Below, one piece after another: positions 15,426 to 24,087 of a DNA stretch of 64,000 nucleotides. The DNA lies in the IMG/VR virus record IMGVR_UViG_3300044807_000039, positions 64,001 to 128,000 of that record, one strand, 5' to 3'. Source of the stretch: a virus (Duplodnaviria; Heunggongvirae; Uroviricota; Caudoviricetes). The notes under the pieces are model-generated. The model did not search any database and had not been told where the DNA came from. It worked only from the letters and a program-made list of their open reading frames with translations. The translations under genes and the position numbers were made by a program. Numbering within the stretch: the first letter of the stretch is position 1; every line of letters starts with the position of its first letter.

Positions 15426-15565
15426 TAATCTAATTCCTCAACGTCCAAAATAATATCGACGTCTTCTAAAACGTCGCGCTCTACGCTAGCTTGATCGTCA
15501 CCTTCGGCGAAAACCGTTTTAATATATGTATCATCTACGTAAATATCAAGCTTCCACTGGGGCAT
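15425..15565 (-). CDS. small acidic protein (46 aa, not in track)
   Basis: MPQWKLDIYVDD...DVEELD*, TAATG coupling. Confidence 0.6.
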   Translation of the reverse strand: MPQWKLDIYVDDTYIKTVFAEGDDQASVERDVLEDVDIILDVEELD

Positions 15566-15740
15566 CGTGCTTATCCAGTTCTCGCTTCAACTCCGTAAGC
15601 TTCGCATCCCAATTTTTAACATTGGCTTCGTGCATCTCAATGTTAATCTTGGTTTCAAGAATGATTTCATTAGTCCAACTGACATCTCGTTCTAGCTTTG
15701 CAATAGCCTCGGTAAGAACCTGCTTAATGTATTCACTCAT
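15546..15740 (-). CDS. coiled-coil hypothetical protein
   Basis: 64 aa. Confidence 0.7.
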   Translation of the reverse strand: MSEYIKQVLTEAIAKLERDVSWTNEIILETKINIEMHEANVKNWDAKLTELKRELDKHDAPVEA

Positions 15741-16450
15741 TTATTTTCTCCAAAAACTGATTCAAATGTTGCTGGGAAAAGCGGAGCCACAAGATCACGC
15801 ATTGCTTGAGCATATACAAAAATTTCGTGCTGCGCGCGGTGGCCCAAGCGCTCGTCCAATAGGTGTAATAGGGCAGCTAGGGACATCGTTGAACGTAGTC
15901 GTACAAACATACCATACGCGGGGAGGAAAAGCCTTGCCTGCTCCGCGCAGATTCCCATTGACATCCATTTTTCGTACTGCTCTACGCCCTTGTCTACATA
16001 CTCTAGAAGCTCCTTGGTGGCAACCTCTCCAATGCGAGGGTCTACGAGATCACCGGAACCCTGTTTCTTATTCGCTGGTGTTCCACGCCATTCGGTAGCT
16101 TCCGGAATATAAAAGGTGGGTTCTTCAGTAATGTATCGACGTGAGGACTCATTCATGCAGGTGCCATCGTCAATATGCGAGGCCGCGACAATGTATTTCC
16201 AATACTGCCTAGCTGTCATCAACGGCATGTACATTTCGAATTGTAGGGTTGCGTGACGGAAAACCGAGAATTCGCGGTTTCGAACAAGATAGTCCATAAG
16301 CTTTTTATCTGGAGCGCTCAAACCCATAGGGCTCAGAGTGGTTTCTTTGTCGAAAGAAACTCGGGCGGCATTAACAACTGTGGCATCATTACCCATGTAG
16401 TCAGTCAGGCGCACGTAGCCCTTATTTAAAAGGTCAATACGATCAGTCAA
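15737..16450 (-). CDS. thyX: FAD-dependent thymidylate synthase
   Basis: VVNAARVSF, FRHA and NESSRRY motifs, CAEQARLFLP; likely TTG start at 16450 (RBS GAGGAG). Confidence 0.92.
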   Translation of the reverse strand: MTDRIDLLNKGYVRLTDYMGNDATVVNAARVSFDKETTLSPMGLSAPDKKLMDYLVRNREFSVFRHATLQFEMYMPLMTARQYWKYIVAASHIDDGTCMNESSRRYITEEPTFYIPEATEWRGTPANKKQGSGDLVDPRIGEVATKELLEYVDKGVEQYEKWMSMGICAEQARLFLPAYGMFVRLRSTMSLAALLHLLDERLGHRAQHEIFVYAQAMRDLVAPLFPATFESVFGENK

Positions 16451-16589
16451 GATATTCAAGCTCCTCAAGTTCAACCTGCGTAATTCTATTGTCGTCCACT
16501 AGCACGAGATTGTTGGTGGGATGATATTTTAATCTATCGGCTTCTTTGTCCGTAAGGTCAGCCACCAGAACTATTTTATAGGTTGCCAT
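16443..16589 (-). CDS. small hypothetical protein (48 aa, not in track)
   Basis: MATYKIVLVADLTD...ELEYLD*. Confidence 0.55.
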   Translation of the reverse strand: MATYKIVLVADLTDKEADRLKYHPTNNLVLVDDNRITQVELEELEYLD

Positions 16590-16839
16590 CTAGATTCCAC
16601 CAGTAATCTTCCTCTGCCATGTTAGGAGCTATTTCCTTAGGGAACATTCTAAAATATTCACTTTCTTCCTGGGTATCCCAATCCAGGTCAGAAAAGGTTT
16701 GTGCAAGCTTAGCTACAAATGGACGCATTAACTCTATTGTATCCTGTGGATTATCGTCCCCCACGGTAGTTTCGCCTAGCATTTCAAAAGCAGCTTCAAC
16801 CGTGATGTCAAATATATCTACCGCGCTACCCCAACCCAT
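16576..16839 (-). CDS. hypothetical actinophage protein (MGWGSA...DWDT..ES motif)
   Basis: 87 aa. Confidence 0.75.
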   Translation of the reverse strand: MGWGSAVDIFDITVEAAFEMLGETTVGDDNPQDTIELMRPFVAKLAQTFSDLDWDTQEESEYFRMFPKEIAPNMAEEDYWWNLDGNL

Positions 16840-17035
16840 CAGTCAATCCCGTCTTAATTGCTCGATCGCTAGTAACCCAACGAGTCTTTTCTCCACTGGA
16901 ATTATTATATTGGTAACTAATCTTGACCCCGGACTTTCCAATTTGAATCACAATGCCTTTGACCGGCACAGAATCATTTGGAATAGTTGCGACTTCATCA
17001 CCAAGGTCAATTGGTCGTCCGAAAGTATCATTCAT
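16826..17035 (-). CDS. small SH3/KOW-like protein
   Basis: MNDTFGRPIDLGDEV pattern. Confidence 0.7.
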   Translation of the reverse strand: MNDTFGRPIDLGDEVATIPNDSVPVKGIVIQIGKSGVKISYQYNNSSGEKTRWVTSDRAIKTGLTDGLG

Positions 17036-17382
17036 TGAACAACCCTTACTAATCGCTTACATCCAATGATTTGACCTTCCTTGCGTACTAGCTCGTAAGG
17101 TACATAAAGATCGTCTCGTTCTGGGAACTGCTGAGCAACCAGCACCGACACAACATACATATCATTCTCATTTGGTGGAGGAAGATCGGTAACTTTTGAA
17201 TAACTTAAGGTCCCAGTAAGCAAATTTACGTTTGCTCCGATGTTCACTAAATAGATCGGATACTCATCTGGTGTGAACACCTCCGCACAACGAGCTGGGG
17301 GAGAGGTTGGTGGAATAGAAAGGACGCACTTGCCGTCCCGGATAATATTTACATTATGCGGGGTTAAGTTAATGATGGACAT
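17032..17382 (-). CDS. NLTPH-family protein, possible Crn4-like ring nuclease
   Basis: INLTPH, PARC, LPPP..YVVS.LVA...R.DL..P..VR..GQIIGC..L motifs; family assignment is from memory. Confidence 0.55.
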   Translation of the reverse strand: MSIINLTPHNVNIIRDGKCVLSIPPTSPPARCAEVFTPDEYPIYLVNIGANVNLLTGTLSYSKVTDLPPPNENDMYVVSVLVAQQFPERDDLYVPYELVRKEGQIIGCKRLVRVVQ

Positions 17383-17383
17383 T

Positions 17384-17602
17384 CTAATCCTTATTCTCTA
17401 GTTGGGAAAGAATTTCGTTCTCGTAGGCTAGTGCGTGCTCTTCCAGGATAAACCTATAGACGCAGTACCCCATTCCATAGCAGCAGACTAATGCCGGGAT
17501 GATGAAAATGAGAGTCCCTTGACCTCCGTGTATCGAGTCAATCGGGGCCTTGAAGAACAGGGTAGCCAGCATAAACCACATGAAATTTGTAATCCAGTGC
17601 AT
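17384..17602 (-). CDS. small membrane protein
   Basis: 72 aa, two hydrophobic segments. Confidence 0.65.
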   Translation of the reverse strand: MHWITNFMWFMLATLFFKAPIDSIHGGQGTLIFIIPALVCCYGMGYCVYRFILEEHALAYENEILSQLENKD

Positions 17603-17829
17603 TATTCCTCCTTGAAGGTTTGTTTTGCGCGAGCGACGCTCTTCTCAAGATGCTCATATTCTGCCCTACCAATTATCTTCTTGTAAAGGCATAGCGGACA
17701 CTTGATGTAAATGCCCTTTTCATCTACTGAGATCAAGCAGCTAAGGTCTTCGTGGCGGGGGCATGCAAGCTTAGTTAGATAACCTCGATCAGCCCACCGC
17801 TGGTAATCTTCTACAACATATGTGTACAT
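17602..17829 (-). CDS. zinc-finger-like protein
   Basis: CPRH...C...CPLC. Confidence 0.7.
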   Translation of the reverse strand: MYTYVVEDYQRWADRGYLTKLACPRHEDLSCLISVDEKGIYIKCPLCLYKKIIGRAEYEHLEKSVARAKQTFKEE

Positions 17830-17835
17830 ACTAGG

Positions 17836-17865
17836 ACACTAGCAGTTGAATAGGGGTAGTGTCAA
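17836..17865 (-). promoter_or_regulatory. sigma70-type promoter
   Basis: TTGACA-N18-TAGTGT upstream of the 17829 start. Confidence 0.6.
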
Positions 17866-18039
17866 CTACTTGAAGCGGCTATGAAAGAGAGTCAGCTCCC
17901 ATACTTCCTTATTTGATCTCCCACGCTCATCCTTAACAGTAAGCCACACGTTACGGCCATCATAGCTGGTCACGGTACAACGAAAGGTTTCATTATCTGT
18001 TTTGTAAAGGTAAAGCTTGTTGATCTTAGGTAATTTCAT
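17866..18039 (-). CDS. small hypothetical protein (57 aa, not in track)
   Basis: MKLPKINKLYLYK...HSRFK*, RBS AAGGAG. Confidence 0.65.
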   Translation of the reverse strand: MKLPKINKLYLYKTDNETFRCTVTSYDGRNVWLTVKDERGRSNKEVWELTLFHSRFK

Positions 18040-18056
18040 GGTACTCCTTAATTAGT

Positions 18057-18242
18057 TTAAAACGGGGGTGGGTCACTCATCTTATAGTTCCGGTAGGCGT
18101 ACAATACTTGAAGCAATTCTTCCTCTGTATAAGAACCAAATTTAACACCTTTGGCTTCTGCAAGCTTTCCAAATTCATCTAATAGGGATACAATCTTAAC
18201 GAATTCAATCTTTGGAATTGTAATCTTAAATTGCTTATCCAT
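18057..18242 (-). CDS. hypothetical protein
   Basis: 61 aa, RBS GGAGG. Confidence 0.65.
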   Translation of the reverse strand: MDKQFKITIPKIEFVKIVSLLDEFGKLAEAKGVKFGSYTEEELLQVLYAYRNYKMSDPPPF

Positions 18243-18339
18243 ATGTCCTCCGGAGGGGCAAGTCTCCTTCGTCGACTTGCTGATTGATAATTCTATTAAA
18301 GAAATAGAGAAGGTATCGGAACCGAGCGTAGCGAGGTTA

Positions 18340-18546
18340 TCAATTAGGACTACCTAGTCCACCCGAAACTATATTTCTAACTCTATTTTTAGTTTTAACA
18401 TTAATTTTTCTAGATATACAATCTTTGTGATAAGGCATCTTGGTCTTTAACTGACCCTGCTTGTTCTTTTTCTTCTTTGGATTTATGTAATCCATTACTA
18501 ATTCTTTAGAATCTTTGATTTCTTTTTTACACCAAGTACATGTCAT
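18340..18546 (-). CDS. basic zinc-binding hypothetical protein
   Basis: Start MTCTWC at 18546 (RBS AAGGAG); CxxC...HxxC. Confidence 0.65.
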   Translation of the reverse strand: MTCTWCKKEIKDSKELVMDYINPKKKKNKQGQLKTKMPYHKDCISRKINVKTKNRVRNIVSGGLGSPN

Positions 18547-18785
18547 TCTGTACTCCTTATATGTTGATATCTCTTTTGGGCACGCTGTCAGAAGGAAAGA
18601 ACAGTATCTCAAAGAAGATTCTGTCGACTTTCGCTTTTACAGGGGCTTCTGGGATGCCATTCCCGCGCCTTTTTCCTGCTTATCCCTGGATTAGTGGGGC
18701 CTTAGCGTCTTAGATCGCCCTAGGTGCACGTAAGATAGAACTCAAACTACCTCACTACTGCCATATCCATTTTCGGGCATGAAAA

Positions 18786-18823
18786 AGCCCGGTAGATGAC
18801 CCTTGACCTCCATCTACCGGGCT
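18786..18823. terminator. inverted repeat in the divergent promoter region
   Basis: AGCCCGGTAGATG / CATCTACCGGGCT 13-bp perfect inverted repeat with an A-tract on the left. Confidence 0.5.
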
Positions 18824-18934
18824 AAACTTTTCGATTATCGCGGCGAGATTACTTGTCAAGGGTAACCTGTTAAAACTACTATAGCACACTCCATCAAGCG
18901 ATTGCAAGAGGGGTCTTTCATGCTACTATAAGAC

Positions 18935-19909
18935 ATGCAAAAATCTATAAGCTTCTACACACCCCGCTCTAATTTCATTAGAGGAATAGGATATTCAGAA
19001 GCAGCGTACTACCTGGTCAACTCGCTAAATAAGCTGGGTTGGGAAGTACCTTTCGACTCTCCCGAGCCTACAGCACAGCTTCACTTCTGTCAACCAACCT
19101 TTTTTGCCGATGCCCTCCGCAAAAACCAAAAGAAAATAGCCTTGCTTCCTTGGGAGTCTACCGAGCCGATGGATGACTGGTTGGAGATTCTAGTAGATGT
19201 GGATGAGCTATGGGCAACCAGCACTTGGTGCGCAGAGGTTTATAAATCATGGGGTCTTGATGTAGCAAAGGTCTATCCGCATGGCATCAGCTCTGCCTGG
19301 ATGCCTAAAAGAAAAAAGCCGGGAAGCGTATTAAAATTTCTCCATGCAGGCGAGCCCGCAGCACGTAAGGGAGGACAATTAACCTACGAAGCTTTTAAAG
19401 CGGCCTTTGGTGAACGGGAGGATGTTTGCCTTTATATTAAAACCAGAGACCACTCCACAATTAGAAATAAAAGGGGCGGATCTATTGTTTCACAGGACTT
19501 GGGCAAGAATGTCAAGCTCATGCCTGTTGATTTGCCTGAGGACCGACTTATCATGCTTTACCAGCAGTGTGACTTCCTCGTCTACCCCAGCTTTGGAGAA
19601 GGCTTTGGTCTATTTGGTTTACAGGGTTTGGCAACGGGTACTCCAACGATCTGTACTGGTGAATGGGCAGAGTACAGGGACTTTTTGGGTGAGCTAAGTC
19701 TCGATTCTAAATACATCGATTCACCATGGCAAGAAATGCACCCGGGACAGGTTTTACAGCCGGACAAGGACCAGCTAATTGATAAACTGAGGTACTGCGC
19801 GGACAATGTAGATGCTCTCCACCAGCGGTTTTACCGTCAAGCTTTCGATGTACATACAAAATTCGATTGGGATATTTTAACCGAAAATGCGTTCAAAGAC
19901 GTCACATAA
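18935..19909 (+). CDS. glycosyltransferase, GT4 family
   Basis: PWESTE, PHG, RKGG and VYPSFGEGFGLFGLQGLATG motifs. Confidence 0.85.
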   Translation: MQKSISFYTPRSNFIRGIGYSEAAYYLVNSLNKLGWEVPFDSPEPTAQLHFCQPTFFADALRKNQKKIALLPWESTEPMDDWLEILVDVDELWATSTWCAEVYKSWGLDVAKVYPHGISSAWMPKRKKPGSVLKFLHAGEPAARKGGQLTYEAFKAAFGEREDVCLYIKTRDHSTIRNKRGGSIVSQDLGKNVKLMPVDLPEDRLIMLYQQCDFLVYPSFGEGFGLFGLQGLATGTPTICTGEWAEYRDFLGELSLDSKYIDSPWQEMHPGQVLQPDKDQLIDKLRYCADNVDALHQRFYRQAFDVHTKFDWDILTENAFKDVT

Positions 19910-19950
19910 ATGCAATGAAGCTAAAGATCCTGTGCTATAGTTAGCAAACT

Positions 19951-20508
19951 ATGTCAACCGATCTCACAGGAAGTATTCATGGACAATTACAGGTTCTCAC
20001 GCGGAACGAAGCTAGAAATAAAAAGGTTTTCTGGGGTGTTAAATGTCTTTCTTGCACCCGTGAATACGAGCTTTCGTCTTCGGACATTAAGAAAAATACC
20101 TGGGGCTGCGGTGAATGTGCTAGAAAAAATACACCTAAAGGTAGCGATAGTATTTATTGGCGCGGCGGCAAGCACATCTCCTCTATTTTCCTTTCAAACG
20201 TAAAGTACGGAGCCAAGAAGCGTAATATCGAATGTCATGTCACCCTGGAAGATTTGGATGCTCTGTGGGAAAAGCAGGATGGCAAATGCGCTTATACTGG
20301 ATTAGATCTGAAGCTCTCAGAGGGTTGTACGGCAAGCCTGGATAGAATCGATTCATCCATTGGCTACACCCCAGAAAATGTGCAATTTTTGCACAAAAAC
20401 GTAAACGTAATGAAATGGGCACTTTCGGAGGAAGAGTTCTTCCTATTTATTACACAAATTTATAATTATAAGGTGAGGGATAATGATTACAGTATTTACA
20501 AAGAATAG
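19951..20508 (+). CDS. free-standing homing endonuclease (His-Me finger/HNH-like)
   Basis: Zn-ribbon N-terminus (CLSC, CGEC); QDGKCAYTG and SLDRIDSSIGYTPENVQF...N.MK motifs. Confidence 0.75.
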   Translation: MSTDLTGSIHGQLQVLTRNEARNKKVFWGVKCLSCTREYELSSSDIKKNTWGCGECARKNTPKGSDSIYWRGGKHISSIFLSNVKYGAKKRNIECHVTLEDLDALWEKQDGKCAYTGLDLKLSEGCTASLDRIDSSIGYTPENVQFLHKNVNVMKWALSEEEFFLFITQIYNYKVRDNDYSIYKE

Positions 20509-20701
20509 TTGCCCGGCATGCACTCAAACAAAGAAATTCTTGGATACCATGGGTGTTGAATATGTGGTACGCAATATTGAAGAAGATGATAGCAATTTTC
20601 AGGAAGTAATCCATCTAGGCTATCAGCAGGTGCCCGTTGTGGTAGACGGCGATCAGAGCTGGTCTGGACACCAGCCATCAAAACTTATGCAACTCAAATA
20701 A
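20483..20701 (+). CDS. nrdH: NrdH-like glutaredoxin
   Basis: CPAC, GYQQVPVVV and WSGHQP motifs. Confidence 0.92.
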   Translation: MITVFTKNSCPACTQTKKFLDTMGVEYVVRNIEEDDSNFQEVIHLGYQQVPVVVDGDQSWSGHQPSKLMQLK

Positions 20702-20719
20702 ATTAAGGGAGAAATACAC

Positions 20720-22681
20720 GTGGTTTTAGTAAATGAAGGAGGTCAGCTCACTGATCCTTACAGAAATTTCATTGCAGTTTCAAGATACGCACGCTGGGAT
20801 GAAGAAAAAGGTCGCAGGGAAAATTGGTCTGAGACTGTAGATAGATATGTAGAATTTATGCTTGAGACCGTAGCCAAGAATAACAATTATAAGGCTACAA
20901 AGGCGTTGCGTGAGGAAATTCGCTCCGCAATTCTTAATCACCAGGTAATGCCATCCATGCGAGCGCTTATGACCGCAGGACCAGCATTGGAGCGTGAGAA
21001 TCTAGCTGGATATAACTGTGCTTTCATTTCCGTAGACTCTCCCCGCGCATTCGATGAAGCACTATACGTTCTTATGAACGGAACTGGATTGGGATTCAGC
21101 GTCACCCAGGAAGACGTAAACAAGCTTCCGATTATTGACGATGATTTCCACCAGACCGACACCACAATCATGGTGGCGGATTCTAAATTGGGTTGGTCGA
21201 AGGCCCTCAAAGAATTGGTTGCCATGCTTTATACTGGTCAGGTTCCATTCATTAATACGGACAAGGTCCGTCCTGCTGGAGCAAGACTAAAGACCTTCGG
21301 CGGTCGTGCAAGTGGGCCAGCTCCATTGCGTGAGGTATTAGAATTCTTCATCCGTACTTTCAAGAAGGCGGCAGGCCGCAGGCTTACCACTCTTGAGTGC
21401 CATGATCTGGTCTGTAAGATCGCAGAAATTGTTGTGGTGGGTGGAGTTAGGCGAGCAGCACTTATTTCGCTTTCTGATCTTAGCGATAACAAGGTAGCAA
21501 GAGCAAAAACCGGGGAGTGGTGGACAGCTAATCCACAAAGAGCACTAGCTAATAACAGTGCAATTTATGCAACCAAGCCAGACGTAGAGACCTTCCTGGC
21601 GGAATGGTCCAATCTTATTGAAAGCAAGTCAGGCGAGCGCGGAATCTTCAACATCGATTCTATTCGTAAGCACATTACAAAGTTTGGTCGTAGAGATCCT
21701 GATAAGGTTCAGGGAGTCAATCCCTGTGGAGAAATTCCGCTTCGTCCGAATGGTCTATGTAATTTGACCGAAGTAATCGTAGAAGCTGCTGACACCAAGG
21801 AGACAATTAAGGAAAAGATTAGAATTGCTACCATTCTTGGTACATTCCAGTCAACCTTGACAAACTTTAAGTATCTTCGCAAGTCTTGGCGTGAAAATGC
21901 CGACGAAGAGAGGCTACTTGGAGTGTCCTTGACCGGCCAGTTTGGTAATACTTTGTTTAATGGTTCAGAGGGACTGGATAAACTTTCTGAAACTCTCGAT
22001 GAGCTTCGTCTTTATGCAGTGGAAGTAAATAAGGAGCTTGCGGCAAAGCTTGGAATTAACCAGTCGGTAGCAGTTACCACCGTTAAGCCAAGTGGGACCG
22101 TAAGCCAGCTAGCAAAGTCTAGTTCGGGCATGCATCCATGGCACAGCGAATATTACCTAAGGACAGTACGGGGATCGAATAATGACCCGCTTACCACCTT
22201 CCTTAAGGACAGTGGTATTCCTAGCGAGCCATGCGTAATGCGTCCGAATGACACTACTGTGCTGTACTTCCCAACCGAGGCACCGAAGGGAGCTGTTACG
22301 CGTAAGGATCTCACTGCTCTTGAGCATCTAGAAATTTGGCGCGTATATAGAAACCACTGGACCGAGCATAATCCTTCGGTAACAATTTCGGTAAAGGATG
22401 AAGAGTGGATTGATGTAGCCGCCTGGCTTTACAAAAACTGGGAGGATGCAGCTGGAATTAGTTTTCTACCCCAGACTGACCACGTATACAAGCAGGCTCC
22501 TTATCAGGATGTCACTCAGGAAGAATATGAGGCATGGATGGAAAGGATGCCAGATGAAATTCATTGGTCATTGCTTTCGCATTACGAGGTAGAGGATACA
22601 ACTACGGGCTCACAGACTCTTGCTTGCTCCGCTGATGGCGGTTGCGAAGTAGTTGACATTGGAGTACAAACCCAAGTATAA
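20720..22681 (+). CDS. nrdJ: class II (adenosylcobalamin-dependent) ribonucleotide reductase
   Basis: GYNC, VVVGGVRRAALI, NPCGE, TVKPSGTVSQL and C-terminal CSADGGC motifs; no beta-subunit gene nearby. Confidence 0.92.
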   Translation: MVLVNEGGQLTDPYRNFIAVSRYARWDEEKGRRENWSETVDRYVEFMLETVAKNNNYKATKALREEIRSAILNHQVMPSMRALMTAGPALERENLAGYNCAFISVDSPRAFDEALYVLMNGTGLGFSVTQEDVNKLPIIDDDFHQTDTTIMVADSKLGWSKALKELVAMLYTGQVPFINTDKVRPAGARLKTFGGRASGPAPLREVLEFFIRTFKKAAGRRLTTLECHDLVCKIAEIVVVGGVRRAALISLSDLSDNKVARAKTGEWWTANPQRALANNSAIYATKPDVETFLAEWSNLIESKSGERGIFNIDSIRKHITKFGRRDPDKVQGVNPCGEIPLRPNGLCNLTEVIVEAADTKETIKEKIRIATILGTFQSTLTNFKYLRKSWRENADEERLLGVSLTGQFGNTLFNGSEGLDKLSETLDELRLYAVEVNKELAAKLGINQSVAVTTVKPSGTVSQLAKSSSGMHPWHSEYYLRTVRGSNNDPLTTFLKDSGIPSEPCVMRPNDTTVLYFPTEAPKGAVTRKDLTALEHLEIWRVYRNHWTEHNPSVTISVKDEEWIDVAAWLYKNWEDAAGISFLPQTDHVYKQAPYQDVTQEEYEAWMERMPDEIHWSLLSHYEVEDTTTGSQTLACSADGGCEVVDIGVQTQV

Positions 22682-22775
22682 TTTAAATATCGCAGCGAGG
22701 GCTTGTGATGAATAGAGATTAGGTAGGTCCAGTACGCCATCTAAGGATGTGTGCATTTCCTACTTTAGGATGATT

Positions 22776-22805
22776 AAGCCAGGCGACTTCGGTCCCTGGC
22801 TTTTT
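22776..22805 (+). terminator. intrinsic terminator
   Basis: AAGCCAGG-C-GAC-TTCG-GTC-CCTGGC followed by TTTTT. Confidence 0.8.
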
Positions 22806-22888
22806 CCTTTCTAGAGACATTTATCTCTAACGGGCTAATCGATTTGCGTTATAGCCATCATAATTGTATCCTGCTATAGGAGGGAACA

Positions 22889-23212
22889 ATGATTAGTTAC
22901 TATCAATTTGTGCCGGGTCCTGGAAGTCAAGAGGAATTCGACGCAACAGCTTTACACGTAACGGAACATCTATCGTCTGTCGCAGATGAAGATGATAATC
23001 CAAATACTCATGCTGGCTCGGTTAATATTTCCATTGAACCAGCAGTCCGAGAGTCAGATGGTATGACTGGATTCATTATTCAAGGCTATCTCGATGCTGA
23101 TCCCGTTGCTCCGTATCTACGCGAGGACTTCAATCCGGAAGACGATATTGCAAACAACCCTCTTTCGGTGCCTTCCATTCTGGATAATAAAACAGAAGGT
23201 GGAGGTCTATGA
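22889..23212 (+). CDS. acidic hypothetical protein
   Basis: 107 aa, RBS GGAGGG, ATGA overlap with the endolysin. Confidence 0.75.
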   Translation: MISYYQFVPGPGSQEEFDATALHVTEHLSSVADEDDNPNTHAGSVNISIEPAVRESDGMTGFIIQGYLDADPVAPYLREDFNPEDDIANNPLSVPSILDNKTEGGGL

Positions 23213-24033
23213 GCGTCGCACGAGCAACAGAGGTAATGGCAAGACTTCGAAATGAAGGTATTGCCGTCCGCGAGCAGGCGGGTTGGCAGTCCAGAGGAAA
23301 TGGACAGACCTCTGCTTATCAAGGTATTGTCACGCACCACACAGCTACAGCATTCGCCAATGCCAATCTTGGTGTTTTGATTAACGGAAGACCAGATCTA
23401 AGCGGACCACTATGTAATAGTTGTGGTTGGGCAGATGGATCGGTTGGTATCATCGCCGCACACCCTGCAAATCATGCGGGGGCTTCGGGAGGCTACAACA
23501 CAGCACCACTTCCTAAAACATCTCTATTTAACAAGATGGTTTGGGGACATGAGATTATTTATCCAGGTACCTCTCCAATGACAGCAGCACAGTATAGGAC
23601 AGCGACAATCCTTTCTAAGATCTGCGTGGATGTATTCGGATTTAGTGATGTAAACAGAATTAAAGGCCACGCTGAAACCAGTATTACCGGAAAATGGGAT
23701 CCAGGTTATGCAAGTGGTAAGACAATTGATCTAAATAAATTTAGAAATGATGCACGTATTGCATTAAATACGCCAGTAAAGGAGGTAGACATGGAACTAA
23801 CAGATAAAGTTAGAATGCCTAACTGGCTTGGCACCGATACCCCAGACAATACCAGGACTGTGAACGACATTCTCAGCACCTGCAACGTCTGGATTTCACA
23901 GACCAAGACAGCCGTTGGCGAACTTTCTGCAAAATTGGACAAGGTTAGCAAAGTTGAGCCAGTCATCGATTACGATCTGCTTGCAGACAAGGTAGTTAAG
24001 CGCCTTGCGGCAATTCAGTTTAAGGCTAGTTAA
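23209..24033 (+). CDS. endolysin, N-acetylmuramoyl-L-alanine amidase (Amidase_2)
   Basis: HHTA, GRPDLSGPLCN, ANHAG, GHEI, IKGHAE and KWDPG motifs. Confidence 0.88.
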   Translation: MSVARATEVMARLRNEGIAVREQAGWQSRGNGQTSAYQGIVTHHTATAFANANLGVLINGRPDLSGPLCNSCGWADGSVGIIAAHPANHAGASGGYNTAPLPKTSLFNKMVWGHEIIYPGTSPMTAAQYRTATILSKICVDVFGFSDVNRIKGHAETSITGKWDPGYASGKTIDLNKFRNDARIALNTPVKEVDMELTDKVRMPNWLGTDTPDNTRTVNDILSTCNVWISQTKTAVGELSAKLDKVSKVEPVIDYDLLADKVVKRLAAIQFKAS

Positions 24034-24042
24034 AAAATAATC

Positions 24043-24076
24043 AAACAATACCCCCTTTATGGGGGTATTTGTTTTT
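24043..24076 (+). terminator. intrinsic terminator
   Basis: AAACAATACCCCC-TTTAT-GGGGGTATTTGTTTTT. Confidence 0.75.
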
Positions 24077-24087
24077 AAAGGTGGGTA

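Noticed and set aside
1449-16752. DnaA-box-like 9-mers (TTATCCATT about 1450, TTATCCACG about 4050, TGTGGATTA about 16746)
   Set aside because: Isolated, mismatched and mostly inside CDSs; no cluster.
18935-19909. DNA hypermodification system around the glycosyltransferase
   Set aside because: No neighbouring hydroxymethylase, kinase or base-modification genes were recognised; the substrate is unknown.
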